From the human T2T-CHM13v2.0 reference genome, Homo sapiens, in NCBI RefSeq assembly GCF_009914755.1, contig NC_060939.1: 64,000 bases of DNA, one strand, 5' to 3'. This document shows, piece by piece, positions 1 to 17,100 of this stretch (position 1 is the first letter of the stretch; each line of letters opens with the position of its first letter). The position numbers and the translations under genes are program-made. Under the pieces are notes generated by a model. It was given only the letters and a program-made list of their open reading frames with translations. It had not been told where the DNA came from and did not search any database.

Positions 1-3000
1 TCTAAATAGGCAACACATTTACATTTTAAAATGCAAAGAGTACAAAAAGATAGGCCATGAAATGTCTTTCTGACCTGGTTCCCCAGGCATGAAGTTTCCC
101 TCCCAAAGGCAACTAATCTGATAGGAGAATGAGGAAAGGAAGAGGAAGAAAGTCAATAAGGCCAATATTGGGAAGGTTACACTTGAGGAGACCTGGGGCT
201 CAAACCTTCTAGGGCACTGGGAGCCAGTGTAAAATTTATCCTGTCTTGTGGATTTTAGATAATCTGTGTGTATAGGGGAGATATTTTATACAGCAGCAGC
301 AGGCTATCCACATTGTGCCATACCTCGCTTTTGTGTGACTTAATATCTCTTGGTAATTGTTCCATGTCAGTGCCCAAAAAGCTTCCTCATTCTTTTTTTT
401 GCAACTGTTCAGTTATCTATTTATGGTTACATCATATTATATTTAACCCATTCTTTACTGGTGTCTGCTCCCATTTGTTGTTCCATTTTGAGCACCAGAT
501 TTTAAAACTCATTCCTATAGGACACACAAAGGATTTTATTTCCTAGGAAGAGCTCCATGGCTCCCTGACTTGCTCAACTGTTTTAAACCCCCACCCCACA
601 TGGAATAAGCACACTTCACCATTCTCTCACAACAACAATTAAGTCAACTTATCTTTGAATAAGTAGCTGGGGGTGGCGGGGACACACCCCTGAAGTGTGG
701 GTTTAGGTTTGTTTGATTGGGGCGTGTGCTGGGGTGGGTGGAGCAGGATGAAGAATTCTTCATTAGTGTTTCTCATGTTTGAAGTCAGATCTTCTTTCCT
801 AGCTGGGGCCAGAGTCTTCAAGCTTCTAACAGGAGTTTCTAGAGCCACTGAATCTTTCAGAGAACAGGTACAAAAGCTCTCAGCTGGTGTACGAGCAGAG
901 GAAGCGCCTTTACAAGGGGCTGCTTGGAAATGGGGGCAAACTGCTAAATAAGCGTGCAAAAGCAGAAAAGGGCCCAGGGTATTTTTAAACCTCTTACAAA
1001 TAGGAGCAAGCCCAAATTTAACACGGGCTGGCTTTTTAATGTGGCTTTCTTTTTCACCCACCTTCCCTTCAAAGAGATGCTTTTTTCTTCTTTCTGCTGA
1101 AATACAAGGGCTTAGGGAGCAACTACTCGGTTCCAACAAACAGGGCAAGTTAACACTTGTGAGAGCAACACCCAAGCAGCAAAGGAAGCCGTGTTAAAAT
1201 AAAACCACACCCCCTTCCCCTCCAGGTGACAAAGATAACCAAACCCAGTCTGGCGTCTATGCTCCAGCAACATGCAGGCTGAAGTGAAGGGCAACTGGGC
1301 AGGAAAGAGAAGGCGGAACTCGAGGTCATCCATACTGCCCAATTCCCTTGCTCCCCTCTCTTCCTGCCTCTCCAATTCTCATCTTCACCCAGAGCTGGTC
1401 TGATGCAGAAAAGTGAGGGGAACTCACTGTACCCATTTCTCTTTCTAAAATATCTCCTCAGGCACCTTAAACCTTTGTTCTTTCTTCCTCCAAAACAGTT
1501 CTCAGGAATTTGATACTATAGGATCATCTATTCTAGAGGTAATTAATAAGCTTTAATGAACTGTTCCTTCTAGAAATATTCTTACCCTTAAGCCAAATGA
1601 TTGTAAAGGTCACAGGGCATTTCAGGCATCAGCTATTTCATGAATGGGAAGTAGTGTGGGTAGAACCCTAGCATGCTCTGGACCTTAAAATCATATCCTA
1701 TGATTGGTTACCTCACATATGCAAAACCACCGCAGTCTACACCTCTAAACACACTTAAAACACTCTTTCACTGGTAAATAACCTGCATTCCTATATTCCT
1801 TTGCAGAACAGCTTGAGTGAAACCTGTGTTTATATGCAATGGTCGAGGCCAGCGGTGTAGAACATACACGCTCACTGCATTCTGGGACAGCTCTGGTCTC
1901 CAAGCCCGGAGGTTTAAGCAGTGTGTGGCCAGGCCATTGAGCTGAGAGCATAAGCTTGGTGATACCTATCAACATAAAAATATTCATCCATTACTTTCAC
2001 TTATTTATTTTATTCACAATTGTATTTGGCTTGAAGCTTGGTGCTGTCTATTTGGGTTTGAATCTCTATCCAGATTCAGAGCCTGATCTGTGTCAGCCTC
2101 TATTCTGGAAGCCCCCAGTTTGGGAAAGAGACCATGCAAGGTACACTCAGGTCCTGCCCTGCTGATTAGTTCATGCAAGAGAAGCCTCCCTGACTTCAAT
2201 CCCTGGGACTAATTCACTTCAAGAGTTGGAATGAGAAGGCACTCAAACCATAAATATATGCAAAGCAGCAGCAAGCAGATTAGAAGAACCTAGCAGATTA
2301 AAAGTAAGTAAGCCTGCAGAACCTCTCGTGCAGCCTCCTCTGCCCTTGTCTGGAAGCCACCTTTCTGCAGCCTGGCTTTCCGTAGCTGTCAAAACCCCAA
2401 ACTTAAAGCTATTGGCTCAGTGATTAGACTCTGGGTTTTGGGGTCAGGAAGTTAGCTTGGGGAGGTGGGGGGTAGTTTTTCTGCGGCTGTCGGAGCAACC
2501 GTAGAAGAATTGTTTGATCTTTGCAGGATTTGAAAATATCTTGCTGTACCATCAGTGGCCTTTGGTAGGCTCTAGGCCACGGTTGGGGGATGTTTTACTT
2601 GCCTTTTAAGAATATGACACTGGGTCAGCTACTTAACATTCAGAGGGGCAGCACCAAAGGCCAGATAAATATCTGATGCAAAGAAGGGTAATGAAAGGAG
2701 TCTAGGCCTTCATCACGCTAGCTCCTCCCCGGGCCTGGAAGATCCTGAGAGCTTCTTCTAGTGTTCAGGCTTTGAATCATCGAAGATCTTTTAAACTCTG
2801 ATTGTGAAGAGCTCCAGGGGAAATCAATGAACAGACCCTACGGCGATGTCACTGAATCCCATGATTGTCCGGTAGAAATATTTTACGACCAGCCATTCTA
2901 ACAGGGGAGACTGTGGCCAGGAGAAACATCTTCCCAGAGATCACCCAAGAAAAGCAATAGATTAAGCCAAGTGCATCCTTTTCCTAAAACCCAGTGGTGA

Positions 3001-3357
3001 GCTGATAGGCGCTCTTCCCAATGCATCATCCTTCTTATGGCCCCTACAATAAATACAGAGATCTTTAGTAATTTCCTTGTTAAATGAAAACATAATGGAG
3101 ATGTCTCAGAGTAATGGGTCAGCATGTAAATGCAAATGATGTCCAACCAGGACACTTTGGTGGTTTAAAAAGACAGAGACACAGGGAAGCAAGAAACTAG
3201 GATACAACAATTCAAGAAGGAAGTTGGAGAAGGCCTGTCAGCAGGACCGAGAAAGCTGGCTTCAGAGAGAACAGTGGCACAGTAGGATTCCCTAGGGGAG
3301 AGCTCGTCAGGACTTAGGGAAACAGGGGAAACACTTCTTTCAACCTTTAATGAATTA

Positions 3358-4455
<1,098 letters not shown>

Positions 4456-4702
4456 GTCTAGTACAAGGCCCTCAAATTACAGAATCTCAAATGATGGAAC
4501 ACTTCAAATTTGGATTTGGGTAACTGAGTTCTGAGAATATTTGTATTTTAACTGAACTTGAGAGTCTATTTTCTCTTGAAAGATTTAGTTGTGTGCACTT
4601 GAACAACCACGTGTGTGGGGCTGTGCTGTCCAAGGTGGAGGGGCTGTATCTTTCAGATTATAAGAATGTAGGAAAGGGTTAGAGCCCATAGTAGTCATCT
4701 TC

Positions 4703-5110
4703 ATCAGTTGGATAGACTAAGTTTTGCCTCAGTTACAAACAACCTCCAAATGTTTGTAATTTTACCTTCAAAAAAGTTTATTTTTCTCTCAAGGTATATG
4801 TCCACCCTGTGCTGGAGAAAGAGGGACTTGGGGAGATGGGTAGACTCTCTGCTCTTTGTCCTCACTCCATGACCCAATCTATCAGAGCAGTCACTAGCTG
4901 ATCTTTGTTGATCGCCAAGGGCAGAGGAGAAGAGTGCCCTCAGATGGTCCTACAATTCAATACTAGCCCCAGAGGTGATACCAGTCACTTCTCCTCATTG
5001 GCTACAACTAGTCTCATGGCCACATCCAATCCTAGAGTGACCAGGATGTGCAATCCTGCAATGTGCCCAAAAGGCAGGCAGAGAGATGGAAAACTTGGTG
5101 AACAGGACTA
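4703..5110 (-). mobile_element. Old MLT1 (J/K-like) MaLR LTR
   Basis: cagttacaaacaacctccaaa start; ctcattggctacaactagtctcatggccaca block. Confidence 0.6.
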
Positions 5111-5963
5111 CTGAGTATATCCCCACCTTTTTTACTTTGGTTGGCTGTTGTGAAGTTAACTTAAATTATATCCAGGGACCAGAATGGAGTGCCACATTGA
5201 GCTTCACTGAAGAATGCAGTCCACATCTGTTTTGCTCAGGAAATGCTGCCTAGGAATTGTACTTTTCTGGTGAAGGGAAGGTCCAGAAAGATAAAATTTC
5301 AGGTAGATGAGGTTCAAACAGGAGAAAGACATTGGGGAGCAGTACACTACAATATTTTATTTCTCACTCTGGCGAGAAATCAGAGATGTACCTTCTCAAC
5401 TGGTCAGGGACAAGAGTAACAATTTATGCTCAAATACTGGGCATTGTAAAGAAGAGAAAGTAAACACAAAGGGATTGTGTTTAGGGTGTGAATTCACATC
5501 AAGCATTAAACAATGTAAAAATAACCAAGATTAAGTATGTTTTCAAAGACAGTGAGTGTGAAAACATTAATAAGGGGAAAGCATATTATTTAAAATGGAA
5601 AATATTACCTTATTTTTGAATCACAGAATCTTTTTTGTAGCGGGAAATCTTAACCTCATTTTATAGAATAGAAAATGAAGACAGGCTAGATGCATTGCCT
5701 GAGATTAGTGCATAGTAAGTAAATGGCCTTGTTGGCATTAAGCTCTAGACTCCTAATTCCCTGATTACTAGTTTTTCTTCCCTAATGAAACAATTTGCAT
5801 GAGGGGGCTCCTCATTATTTCCTGCCTCTTTCTTCATTTCTAACCTTGTCTTCAAGTCTTGATAGATGAAGATAGATGTGAGTTTTACGAGATCAGGGAC
5901 AACAAATCTCTCTCTCCCTTTAATTAACATTTCTTTTTGCAGATGAAAATAAAGGTAAGGACC

Positions 5964-6667
<704 letters not shown>

Positions 6668-7013
6668 TGACCTATGCCATTATTCTTTCATCTAGTTTTA
6701 TAAAATGTCTTGCTAGGACATGATTAGCTACCTGAATTCCACAAGGCTAATATTTGTGGTTGGCACAGTATTGGGTGCTGAAGGGGACATGAAATGTAAG
6801 ACACTGCCTTCAAGAATTGTAGCAATGAAGATATAGACATCACCGCAGTAAAAATCACTGTGGTCTAGAAATAATTCCTGGGCCCAGGAAAAGTGAATTC
6901 TGACCGGGAAGTTGAGAAGCTTCCATAGAGGAGGCAGCAGTGGTTGGGTAGGACCTCGTCCTTCAGCTCCCCCGTGCCACGTTATCTCTTCAACTTGATT
7001 TATTTGTATGTCT

Positions 7014-7034
7014 CACACACACACACACACACAC
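7014..7034. repeat. (CA)n microsatellite
   Basis: Direct reading. Confidence 0.95.
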
Positions 7035-7084
7035 GCACCATTTCTCAGTGAAACCAACATGAGCATATTTATTAAAGAAAAACT

Positions 7085-7270
7085 AACATTGAGCACCAAC
7101 TATGTGTAAAGTACTTACATGTATTATTTCATAGAAACCTACAACACCCCAATTTTGTATTTTTAGGCCTATTTTGCAGATGAGGAAGCAGGCTGCAGGT
7201 AACTTGCCTAAGAGGCTAAACTTAGTGACTGAGCTGGGATTTGAACCCAGACCTGTTTGACTCCAAACAT
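7085..7270 (-). mobile_element. MIR
   Basis: attttgcagatgaggaagc...gggatttgaacccag. Confidence 0.8.
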
Positions 7271-8242
7271 CAGGATATTACTCCTGTAAAATAACAGATG
7301 TTGTTGCCGAGTGTCTCACAGAAATCTTTCTTGTAGATCAGGTAATTGGTGGACTTGGCATTTCATTTTACCTGTAGATTTATTATTTTAAACTTAGATG
7401 TTCTTCTTTTTCTTTATCAGGGATCATTGTGTGTTTTCCCCACTGATGTAGTCAGGATATCTTTATCAGTGCCTGGCACATGGTAGATATTCAATAAATA
7501 TTTGTTAAATAATAATAGCTTTACCTCATGAAAAACGTATAAAAAGTAGCTTTAGGGACAATAAACAGACACTTGTCCAACAGATCCCTTTACATGGTTG
7601 TAATGCAAAGGGAGAGGATGTCAGAGGATGGAGACTGGTGAAGGGGTGGTTCAGGCTGATGAAATGTTTTGAACTTGTGGAATGTGAGGAGTCAGGGAGA
7701 TGTGAGGAGCTATCCAGCTGGCACCTGGAAAAGACAGCCTTGATATAAAGATATGTCTGTGGGGCTCATCTCAGAGGCGATAGCTGAGGCTAGGGACAGA
7801 CAAAATTGAGGGTGAGACCAGGAGATGATGAAAGCCTAGGAGACTTCCGGTTTTTAGGAGGCAAGTATGTCCCAAAGTGAACTATTACACCTTTATTCCT
7901 CCCAGTGCCAGCCCCAGAGTAGTCATATCTGTCTCTAACGTTCTTTTCTTCGTGCCTTTGTTGACACTTTTTCTTTCACTTGGACTCACCATCTCTATGC
8001 ACCTCAAATCCAAATTCTATGAAACTCTAGCACCGACTTCAACTGACTGATTGCCTTCTGAATTTCTGCTGCTTCACTATGAAGCCAATGATCTCTGCTT
8101 TTCTGATTCCTTACCTCTGTCAGAGGAGCATTTTTCAGCACATCTCCTAGTATATGTGTTTATTCATTTTCTAAAATATATACCTACAACTGCTTTAAAA
8201 CACCATGTAGAAATGAGATAAATTTTATTTTTTTATTACTAA

Positions 8243-8584
<342 letters not shown>

Positions 8585-8859
8585 TGAGATAAAAAATAAA
8601 ATAAACAGTCTTTTAAAATATGCTAATTGTGATGTCTTAGTATTTTTACTAGCTCAGGTCTCAAGGAAAAGTATTCACTTAAGGACATGGTTCATTGTTA
8701 ATAATAGATATAAATTTATATCTCAAATATTATTTCATTTTCAATAATTTCAAAACTTTGTTGATACCCTGTCATATCTGAAAAAGTCATCCTTCTGCTT
8801 ACCTCCTATTGAAGCTGATGAAGAGCTTGTACTATGAAAGGAGAAATGTCAGCCCTGCC

Positions 8860-9191
8860 TTTTTTTTTTTTTTTTTTTTTTTGAGACAGTATCTTACTCT
8901 GTCACCCAGGCTAGAATGCAGTGGTATGATCTTGGCTCACTGCAGCTGCAGTGAGGTGATCTCAGCTTACTGCAGCCTCAAACTCCCGGGCTCAAGCAAT
9001 CCTCCCATCTTGGTCTCTCTAATAGCTGGGACCACAGGCACATGCAACCATGCCTGACTAATTTTTGTATTTTTTGTGGAGACAGGGTTTCATTGTGTTG
9101 CCCAGGCTGGTCTTGAACTGGGCTCAAGCGATCCTGTTTCCTTGACCTCCCAATGTGCTGGTATTACAGGCGTGAGCCACTGTGCCCAGCC
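8860..9191 (-). mobile_element. Alu (AluJ) with internal 30-bp tandem duplication
   Basis: Poly-T, TSD cctgcc; duplicated unit at 8917-8946 / 8947-8976. Confidence 0.95.
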
Positions 9192-10319
9192 CCTGCCATT
9201 TTCTTATTGTTAATTTGTACTTAAGTTGCTGATATTATTTTCAATCACTGGATAATTTATAAAAAAATGTTCATGTCATTTGTCCATTTTGGGGGAGCTG
9301 TATTATTTAGTTTTTACTAATTGAAAAATCTGTTTGGGGAAAAATAAACCAGTTTGTCATGATTCCTGGGAAATTAGTGCAGCCATTAACAACTTCTCCT
9401 CTGCGAAAATTCCACTCTTCTCTCAGAACACATGACTGTGTGACATGATCTAGGTGAAGATCCCAGCGTCACCCCTCCCTTTACGGTATATCGAGAACTT
9501 TGGTCCTGTGTATAGCCCAAAGCACTTGCTTACTCATTGGCTTGAATTGTTCTGTTTCGTATGTGCTTCTCTTTATTTTCCCAAATCTGTTAATAAACCT
9601 TTTGACAGTTGAGATGGCTGTGACGTTTGTCTCTGCTGATCAGTTGGTAATATATGTTAGCTCTTCCCTCCTCTATTCATGTCACCTTTTCCATGAAGTT
9701 CAAGTAAAGGGGAATCTAGGGTCCAAAGTTTATTTGAGTGGCCAGCATTCCTACGTGTGGTCAGTGTGAACAAACCACATGGGTTGAGTAGAGTCCCTAC
9801 ACCAACATCTATTGTTGTTTCTCTCTAAATTTTCCAATTTGCATCTCTTTTCAAGAAAGTTTACTCACCTCTAGCAGCTCTGCACAGTTCTCACTTTGTA
9901 GAATTTAATTGGAATGGTCTATTCTCATGCTGCCAGCCTCCCTTCCTCCTTCCCTGCTCCTTCCGTGGTACAGAACATCTCTCCTGCCTGAGTTGACAAA
10001 AACAAAACAAAACCCAGAACCTCGGAAATTACATTTCATTTGACATCCCCTCCCTAAGATAGCAATTCAGAAATAGCACTTTCTGTTCAGTCTGCTTGAA
10101 AGTAACATTTCTCAGCCAGAGTCTCAGCATCAGCCCCAGCTAAGAGCTGTCAGATCAGCTGTGCCCACTGTGGGCAACTCACCTGAACCTTTAGGGGTAG
10201 AGGAAAAGTCACACAGGATGACTGACAGGAGTTCAGAGTCTTCACTGTGGTGACACAAGGCCCATCTTGTCCTGGTTCTTTCTATTCATAATGATGCGTA
10301 ACTGTGGATGAGTCACTTC

Positions 10320-10451
10320 ACCCTTCCCCTCCCCTTCCCTCCCTCCCCTCCCCTCCCCTCCCTCCCTCCCTCCCTCCCTTCCTTTTTCCCTCCCTCCTTC
10401 CCTCCCTCCCTCCCTTCCTTCCTTCCTTCCTTCTTTTTTCTTTTCTTTCTT
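10320..10451. repeat. Polypyrimidine (CCCT/CCTT)n tract at an Alu tail
   Basis: About 130 nt of C/T only. Confidence 0.95.
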
Positions 10452-10721
10452 TCACAGGTCTCGCTCTGTCACCCAGACTGGAGTGATCTCGGCTCACTGC
10501 AACCTCCACCTCCTGGGTTCGGGTGATTCTTGTGCCTCAGCCTCCCGAGTAGCTGGTATTACAGGTGCATGCCTCCATGCCTGGCTAATTTTTGTATTTT
10601 TAGTAGAGACAGGGTTTCACCATGTTAGCCAGGCTGGTCTTGAACTCCTGACTTCAAGTGATCTGCCTGCCTCAGCATCCCAAAGTGTTAGGATTACAGG
10701 CATGAGCCACCACGCCCGGCT
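10452..10721 (-). mobile_element. Alu (AluS) with short internal deletion
   Basis: Alu consensus; ggagtgatctcgg lacks the cagtggcgc segment. Confidence 0.95.
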
Positions 10722-11295
10722 GGTTTGTGTATTTCAATGTAGATAAAAATCTTATCCACTTCATCAGCTTGTGTTGAGGATTGTTGGGAAATGGTACAGT
10801 GAACACACTTTGAAAAAGTAAAAGGTAAAATACAAATGCAGGATGTCATACTGAAGTACCTGTCTTCTGAAAATCTTTTTCATTCTTTCGCTCTATAACC
10901 CTCGCAATAGGTAGTACTTAAGTTTTTCACCAGGACGAGGTGTGATGCCTAGGGAAATTATTTCTTTTTAAACCAGTGATCAGAGGGTGATTCGATGCAT
11001 AAGAATATCAGTGGTAACCCAGAGGGGCATTTTCAATAGTTTGAGGATGGAGTTCTCTTAATCTTTGTTTTCTTATTTATTCACCATCTCTTAGCTCGCT
11101 TTTTAATAGTTTATGTGTGCCCACTCATGCTGCATATTGGCAGCTCTGGTTAAGGAAATGATTCTATATCAGACCATATATATCCACATATTTATTTATT
11201 CATGTTAATTCAGCAACACTTATTAAAAACTTATATGTTAGGACTTATTTAAAGTGCTGGAAGAAAAAAAATACACACATATAAGAAATATTCCC

Positions 11296-11622
11296 GACTG
11301 GGTGCAGTGGCTTATGCCTGTAATCCCAGCACTCTGGGAGGCCAAGGCGGGTGAATCCCTTGAGTCCAGGAGTTAGAGACCAGCTTGGCTGGGGTAACAT
11401 GGTGAAACTCAGTCTCTACAAAAAAGATATAAAAATTAGCTGGGTGTGGTGGTACATGCCTGTAGTCCCAGCTACTTGGGAGCCTGATGTGGGATGATTG
11501 CTTGAGCCTGGAGGTCGAGGTTGCAGTGAACTGAGATTGCACCACTGCACTCCAGCTTGGGTGACAGAGCGAGAAGCTGGCTCAAAAAAAAAAAAAAAAA
11601 AAAAAGAAAGAAAAAAAAAGAA
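11296..11622 (+). mobile_element. Alu (AluJ) inserted in an L2 3' end
   Basis: TSD aaatattccc (11286-11295 / 11623-11632), long A-tail. Confidence 0.95.
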
Positions 11623-12722
11623 AAATATTCCCTGTCCTCAAAAAGCTTATGACTTTTGTAGCCCTTTAATATTGAATACATATACCAAATTGTTTACCTC
11701 TAATTGCTGACCGCCTGTAAAAGTCAAGGTTTTGGGCTGAATATCTCAGTTCAGCTCTGAGTTGTAGGATGTATGAAGGAGTTAACTTTGTTCAGACACC
11801 ATGGGAAATAAAACCTCTTGCATATAAATTGCCCAGTTCTTACTCTTCTCCTTTCATTGTGTTCACACCAGTCTAGCTGAGAACTTCCTTAAGAAATCCC
11901 CATTGCAACACAAAGATAGGAAGCAACCAGCTTGTAGACTACCTATGACAGGCAATCTCTCTCCAAGTTGGGACTCTGACATTCGAGTGTTGGGAGTGGG
12001 GTTGCTTTAGGGTCTCTGATTGGTATCTCTTACTAGGAGTTTATTTAAAACCCTTAGAGCTCTATCCTATAAAACATTGCACTTCCGTTTTCAAAGTACT
12101 TATTCTAGTCTTGAAACAACCAACCCCATGACAGGGACAGGGCAGTTCTCATGCTTATTTTACCATAGAGAAATTGAAGGCTGGATGAAGAAAATGATTA
12201 CCCATTGTCTGAAACTCCTAAGTTGTTAGGTCTAAAATTTTCAGCACAGAAATTACTCTGTGATAATGTTTTGCTTCTCATCATTTGTTGTCTGCATTTC
12301 ATGCTGTCACTCCATGTCATATGATGTCATGTCAATTCATTTCTTTTTCTTTGGTTTATTCACAAATATTTACAGAACACCATTTTAGGCAAGGCAGTGT
12401 TTTAATGGTGGAGAGGTGGACATGGCCTGTTCCTTGAGCTCAAGGAACTTATAATCTATGGTTTATGTTTTCACGGATGGTCCCAATTCTAACTTCCATT
12501 TAGCAAACACACTACTTTTGATGGCGCTGTTGGGGTTATTCACAGTTGTGATGGAATTCAGAGTCCAGGGGCAAATAGTAATGGTGAGTGTCCAGTGGCA
12601 GTGGGGCCAGAAATGGTGACAGCAAATGTCTAGAAGTGATGATGCCAGCAAGGCATCATACATAACACGCCTTGCTTGTGTTTTCTGAGCCTAGGGCTTT
12701 TAGCTTTCTGTCAATTCTCTAA

Positions 12723-13123
<401 letters not shown>

Positions 13124-13939
13124 TGAGTGTTTTTCCTGGCATATATTCTCAACAAATTATATATATGTATATATAGACAAAATATATGTCAAGAAATTAA
13201 ATTCCAAAGGAAGATTCTAATACACACATTTAAAGTTCAGGTGTTCATGGTCACTCACACAGAGAATGCCACCATGAGTTACCATTTCATGCTGCTGACC
13301 TTGGTCCTCCACGCTGTCCTCCTGGCCCTCTGCCCTCATCTAATCTCAGCATTAGCCATCCTGCACTCAGTGTGGACTTAGTTTTCAGAGTCAAGGTAGG
13401 GAAAGAAATGTCACTGAAGGCAGTGACTGATAGCACATGAGCTTATGTCCCTCTTCTTGATAGCAAACACTGCCAATCTAGTTCTAAATTTTAGACTCTG
13501 GTCAAGTATGCATTATATCTGTTACCAGATAGGCCCAGCTAGAACATACCTATTTTGCAAAAGGAGTTCCAGGGCCATTGTGAGTGGGTAGAAGTTTTGG
13601 TCAGTCTCTGGGAAAAGATTTTGACAAAAGAAACTCTTGGAAAACTACATGGTGAGGCACAAATGTAATGCTTACCACAGACAATCCAGAATGCATTGTC
13701 TGTTTCTATAAATAAATAAATAAATAAAATGGGTCCCAGACTTGAAGTGACTAAATTCTGGAATTTTCTACAGACTCTCTGAAGTCATCCACTGGCATCT
13801 ACAGGTCTTGAAATAGGTACAGTTGGTTTTATGTCCCACATGGGGCCTGTTCACATACTCAGAACTTTTGACTAAATTAATAGGCAAAACTGATTTTCAC
13901 TAAAGTTTCTACAGAATGATCTTGTTATACTGTCGATAG

Positions 13940-14100
13940 CAGGAGTTCTCACTCAGGAGTGCCCTTTGGAAACATTTAGGGAGCTTTTCTAAATACTGAT
14001 GCTCAGACTGAAAGATTCTTATATAATTGGTCTTGGGGGAAGGCATTACTTTTTTACAGATTCCCAGGGGATTCTAATGTGAAGCCAGGTTGGGAACCAT
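13940..14100. mobile_element. MER5A-like DNA transposon
   Basis: ttcccaggggattctaatgtgaagccaggttgggaacca terminus. Confidence 0.7.
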
Positions 14101-17100
14101 TTATGTACAAGAACAAAAACATGAACATCAAAAAAAAAAATAGCCAATTCAGTTAACGTTTAAGGTAAGGAAGAGAAAAATGAGAGATCTTAAAGTAGGA
14201 ATTTAAAACTCAGAACAACTCTTAAAAATAGTATCTTTGTAAATCATGACTCTCTTATTATAGGCATGCCAAGAGCCAGTAGCTAAAACCATTGGTTTCC
14301 TCAATTCTATAAATAAGAAAAGTCTTTGCTTTCTTGTGCTTTCAAAAATGCCCAGCATAGTGCTGTTCTGAGAGAGACAGCTACTTAGAAAACATCAATG
14401 CTTTACACCTTCTTCTACTTTGATCCCTTCGTTTCTAGCATTCTCTCCTATTCACTTTTGGAACACACTCAACTGCTTGTTCTGCACAGTGAGCTTCATC
14501 TGCAGGAGGACTGACAGCTTTGGGCAAATACACTCTAAACCAACAGCTCCCAGCAGCCCTGGACATCTTCAGATGTGCTGATTTTAGAGCCACAGTTCTT
14601 CCTTCTCAAGGATCCCACCATAAAGACAATGCCTACATGTACATATAGAGTTATTGTTGTTGCTTTTGCCTTTTCTTAATTTTTTTTTAATTGTGGGGGA
14701 AGGATAGCAAAATTCTGGATGCTTTTAGCTCCATGGTTTGTCTAAATGTGCATGCACACACGTGAACACCTCAAATGATCAAGAATTCCCATCAAGAACA
14801 GAACTATTTAAAAATTGTAATGCTCTCCATTGACACCCCGGCTGAAGAGCAATTTTATAGCATAATTATAATGCATTGCATAATTTGGATAAGCTTTTGT
14901 TCTCATTGTGATTATCCTCAGAGAGTTCCTTTTTCACCTCCCCCTTCCCACATTGACTGAATTAAGAATATCCAACCCTTAAAGGCTGTTTTGCCTTCAA
15001 AGAATAAAAATGATGCTTTAAGACTAAGCGCCTAAGAAGTGATGGGTGGGAGAGAAATTTTGGTACATGACTCACGTCTTTATTGTGGTAAAGGTAATTT
15101 TTTACTGTTCTTAAGAAGTTTCTACCTAAGATTTCACTGGGGTAGGGGAAAGTCAGTGGAAGAGAATTATAGGAATCAAAAGTCCTGGCCAAGGTTGTTA
15201 TTAAACCATATATCATAACATTTTAAAAGAAGGGCCAGAGAGAGGACAGCTGGTAGGTTTATTAATTTGTTCATGCCCATGGGCAAGTCACCAAGCCCTA
15301 AGAGTCCTAGTTTGCTCAACTTTACAATGAGGAAACTGAACCAGATGAGCCCTAAAATAGACTCTTACATCCTAGGATTTGGTCATCTGGGAATGTAATA
15401 CAATTGGAAGATAAGACAATGATGAGAAACCAAATATTAGATCAACTTTTTGTGGACCTTGGGAAAATGAAAAACTCTGATTCACTTTAGACTTAGTGAT
15501 TTAACAATGAGAATAAAGGATTTTAGGACAACGGTATTTCCAAGTCCCCTGTAAGTGCTGATAATTTTTCTGTAACTGAAAGTGCCCAGTTTTAGTATCT
15601 GGCTACAACCAGTAGCCCTTGAAAATGAAATAAGAAGAGTGAAGGTATCAAAATATATTATCAGTCATTAGGCAACCTATACTGAGACTTGGTTAGCATG
15701 AATAATTTACAAAGAACACCTGAAGCTTCTTTTTTCTTACGAAGTACTGGATTTTGGAGGAGTTATGTTTTGTTTTTTCCAGCCATACCTAGCATATTTT
15801 GGAGGTTATCATAAATATGATAAAATATGCCCTGATATTTTGAAAGCACTTGGAAGATCAGAGGCTGCCACTGTCCATTAAAAATTATCAAGGTAATGCA
15901 TAAACGTGGTAAAACATCAGTCAGTACTGGAAAATTCAAAATGACAATTTTGAGTCCTCCCTTCCCCTACTTCCTTTCTTTAATGATTTATAATTTTAGC
16001 CATTTCGGTGGTCACCTCAGTAAATAATTTGCTGATGGTTTTGTCTCTTGATTTCTTCACTTTCAATAACATTCATTGTCTACTTGCTGTGAAAGGTGAA
16101 AATTCAGATCATTCTGTCTTCTTTTACTCCATGCCCTTTCCAATTTTTGATAGTAATGCTATTGATTTTTGTTTTCCTCTTCATTACTTTAGTAACTGCA
16201 AATGCTATAATTTTATCTCCATCTCTTCTTCTGTGAAGCCTTAGACCTCTTAACTGTCTGATTCCATCAGATTTTCTGGCCATCCCTGCACAGGATTTCC
16301 TTGCTCCACACCCTCTGCTGTTAGTCTGACTCTACCACTTCCTCCAATACACTGTTTCAAAATGTCCTCATCCTTGAAGATGTCAGCTGACATTTAAAAG
16401 ACGTCCATACTTTTGATCATTCTTATACCAGATGCACACAACACCAGTGTACAGTGTAATGTTAATTTTTACATGTTTATCAGTATCTTTTACAGAGTAA
16501 TCTGTGTTAGTCTTAACGTCCTACTTAACCTGATCAACTTCTTCAGGACAGACATGGTAGTTATTTCTTTATCTTCCCACAAACAGATGTGCACCAAAGT
16601 GCACTCCGTACATGCTGCTGATTAAAATAACTAAAGAGACATTCTCATCCCTTAAGTTACTGTTGACAATTTTGAAGTGTCAGTCCGAAGTCACAGTTTT
16701 AGAAGAAAATGAGATTCTTTCCAGCCTAGGAGAGCACTTCTGTTCACCTACTGGGAGTGTTAATTAACTGATATCTAGTGTGTCTCCATCCTCCCTGGAG
16801 AGTTAACACCTTTCTTGGCATTAAGCCTTGCAAAGATTAGATAAGGGCCAGGTGTTTTTTATACACTTTTTTATTTGTGTGGGGGGCAGTGTATTAATTT
16901 TGTTTTTGTGCTATGTAGTATAATGTTTGATGGTTCTTGATATCTGATCCATTTTGGGGTACCAGTAGAAGAAAGCAAGGGGCACAGATTGGAGGGTATA
17001 TTCTTGGGAGAGAGGGAAAATGCTTTTACCTTGCTGTGGTCCTGTCCTTGCTCAGTCAGATGGTAAAGAGGCAACTAAAGCCATTGGAAGGTTAGGAACC

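Noticed and set aside
639-1175. 178-aa minus-strand ORF
   Set aside because: TTG start, no recognisable homology or splice context; overlaps a motif-rich likely enhancer.
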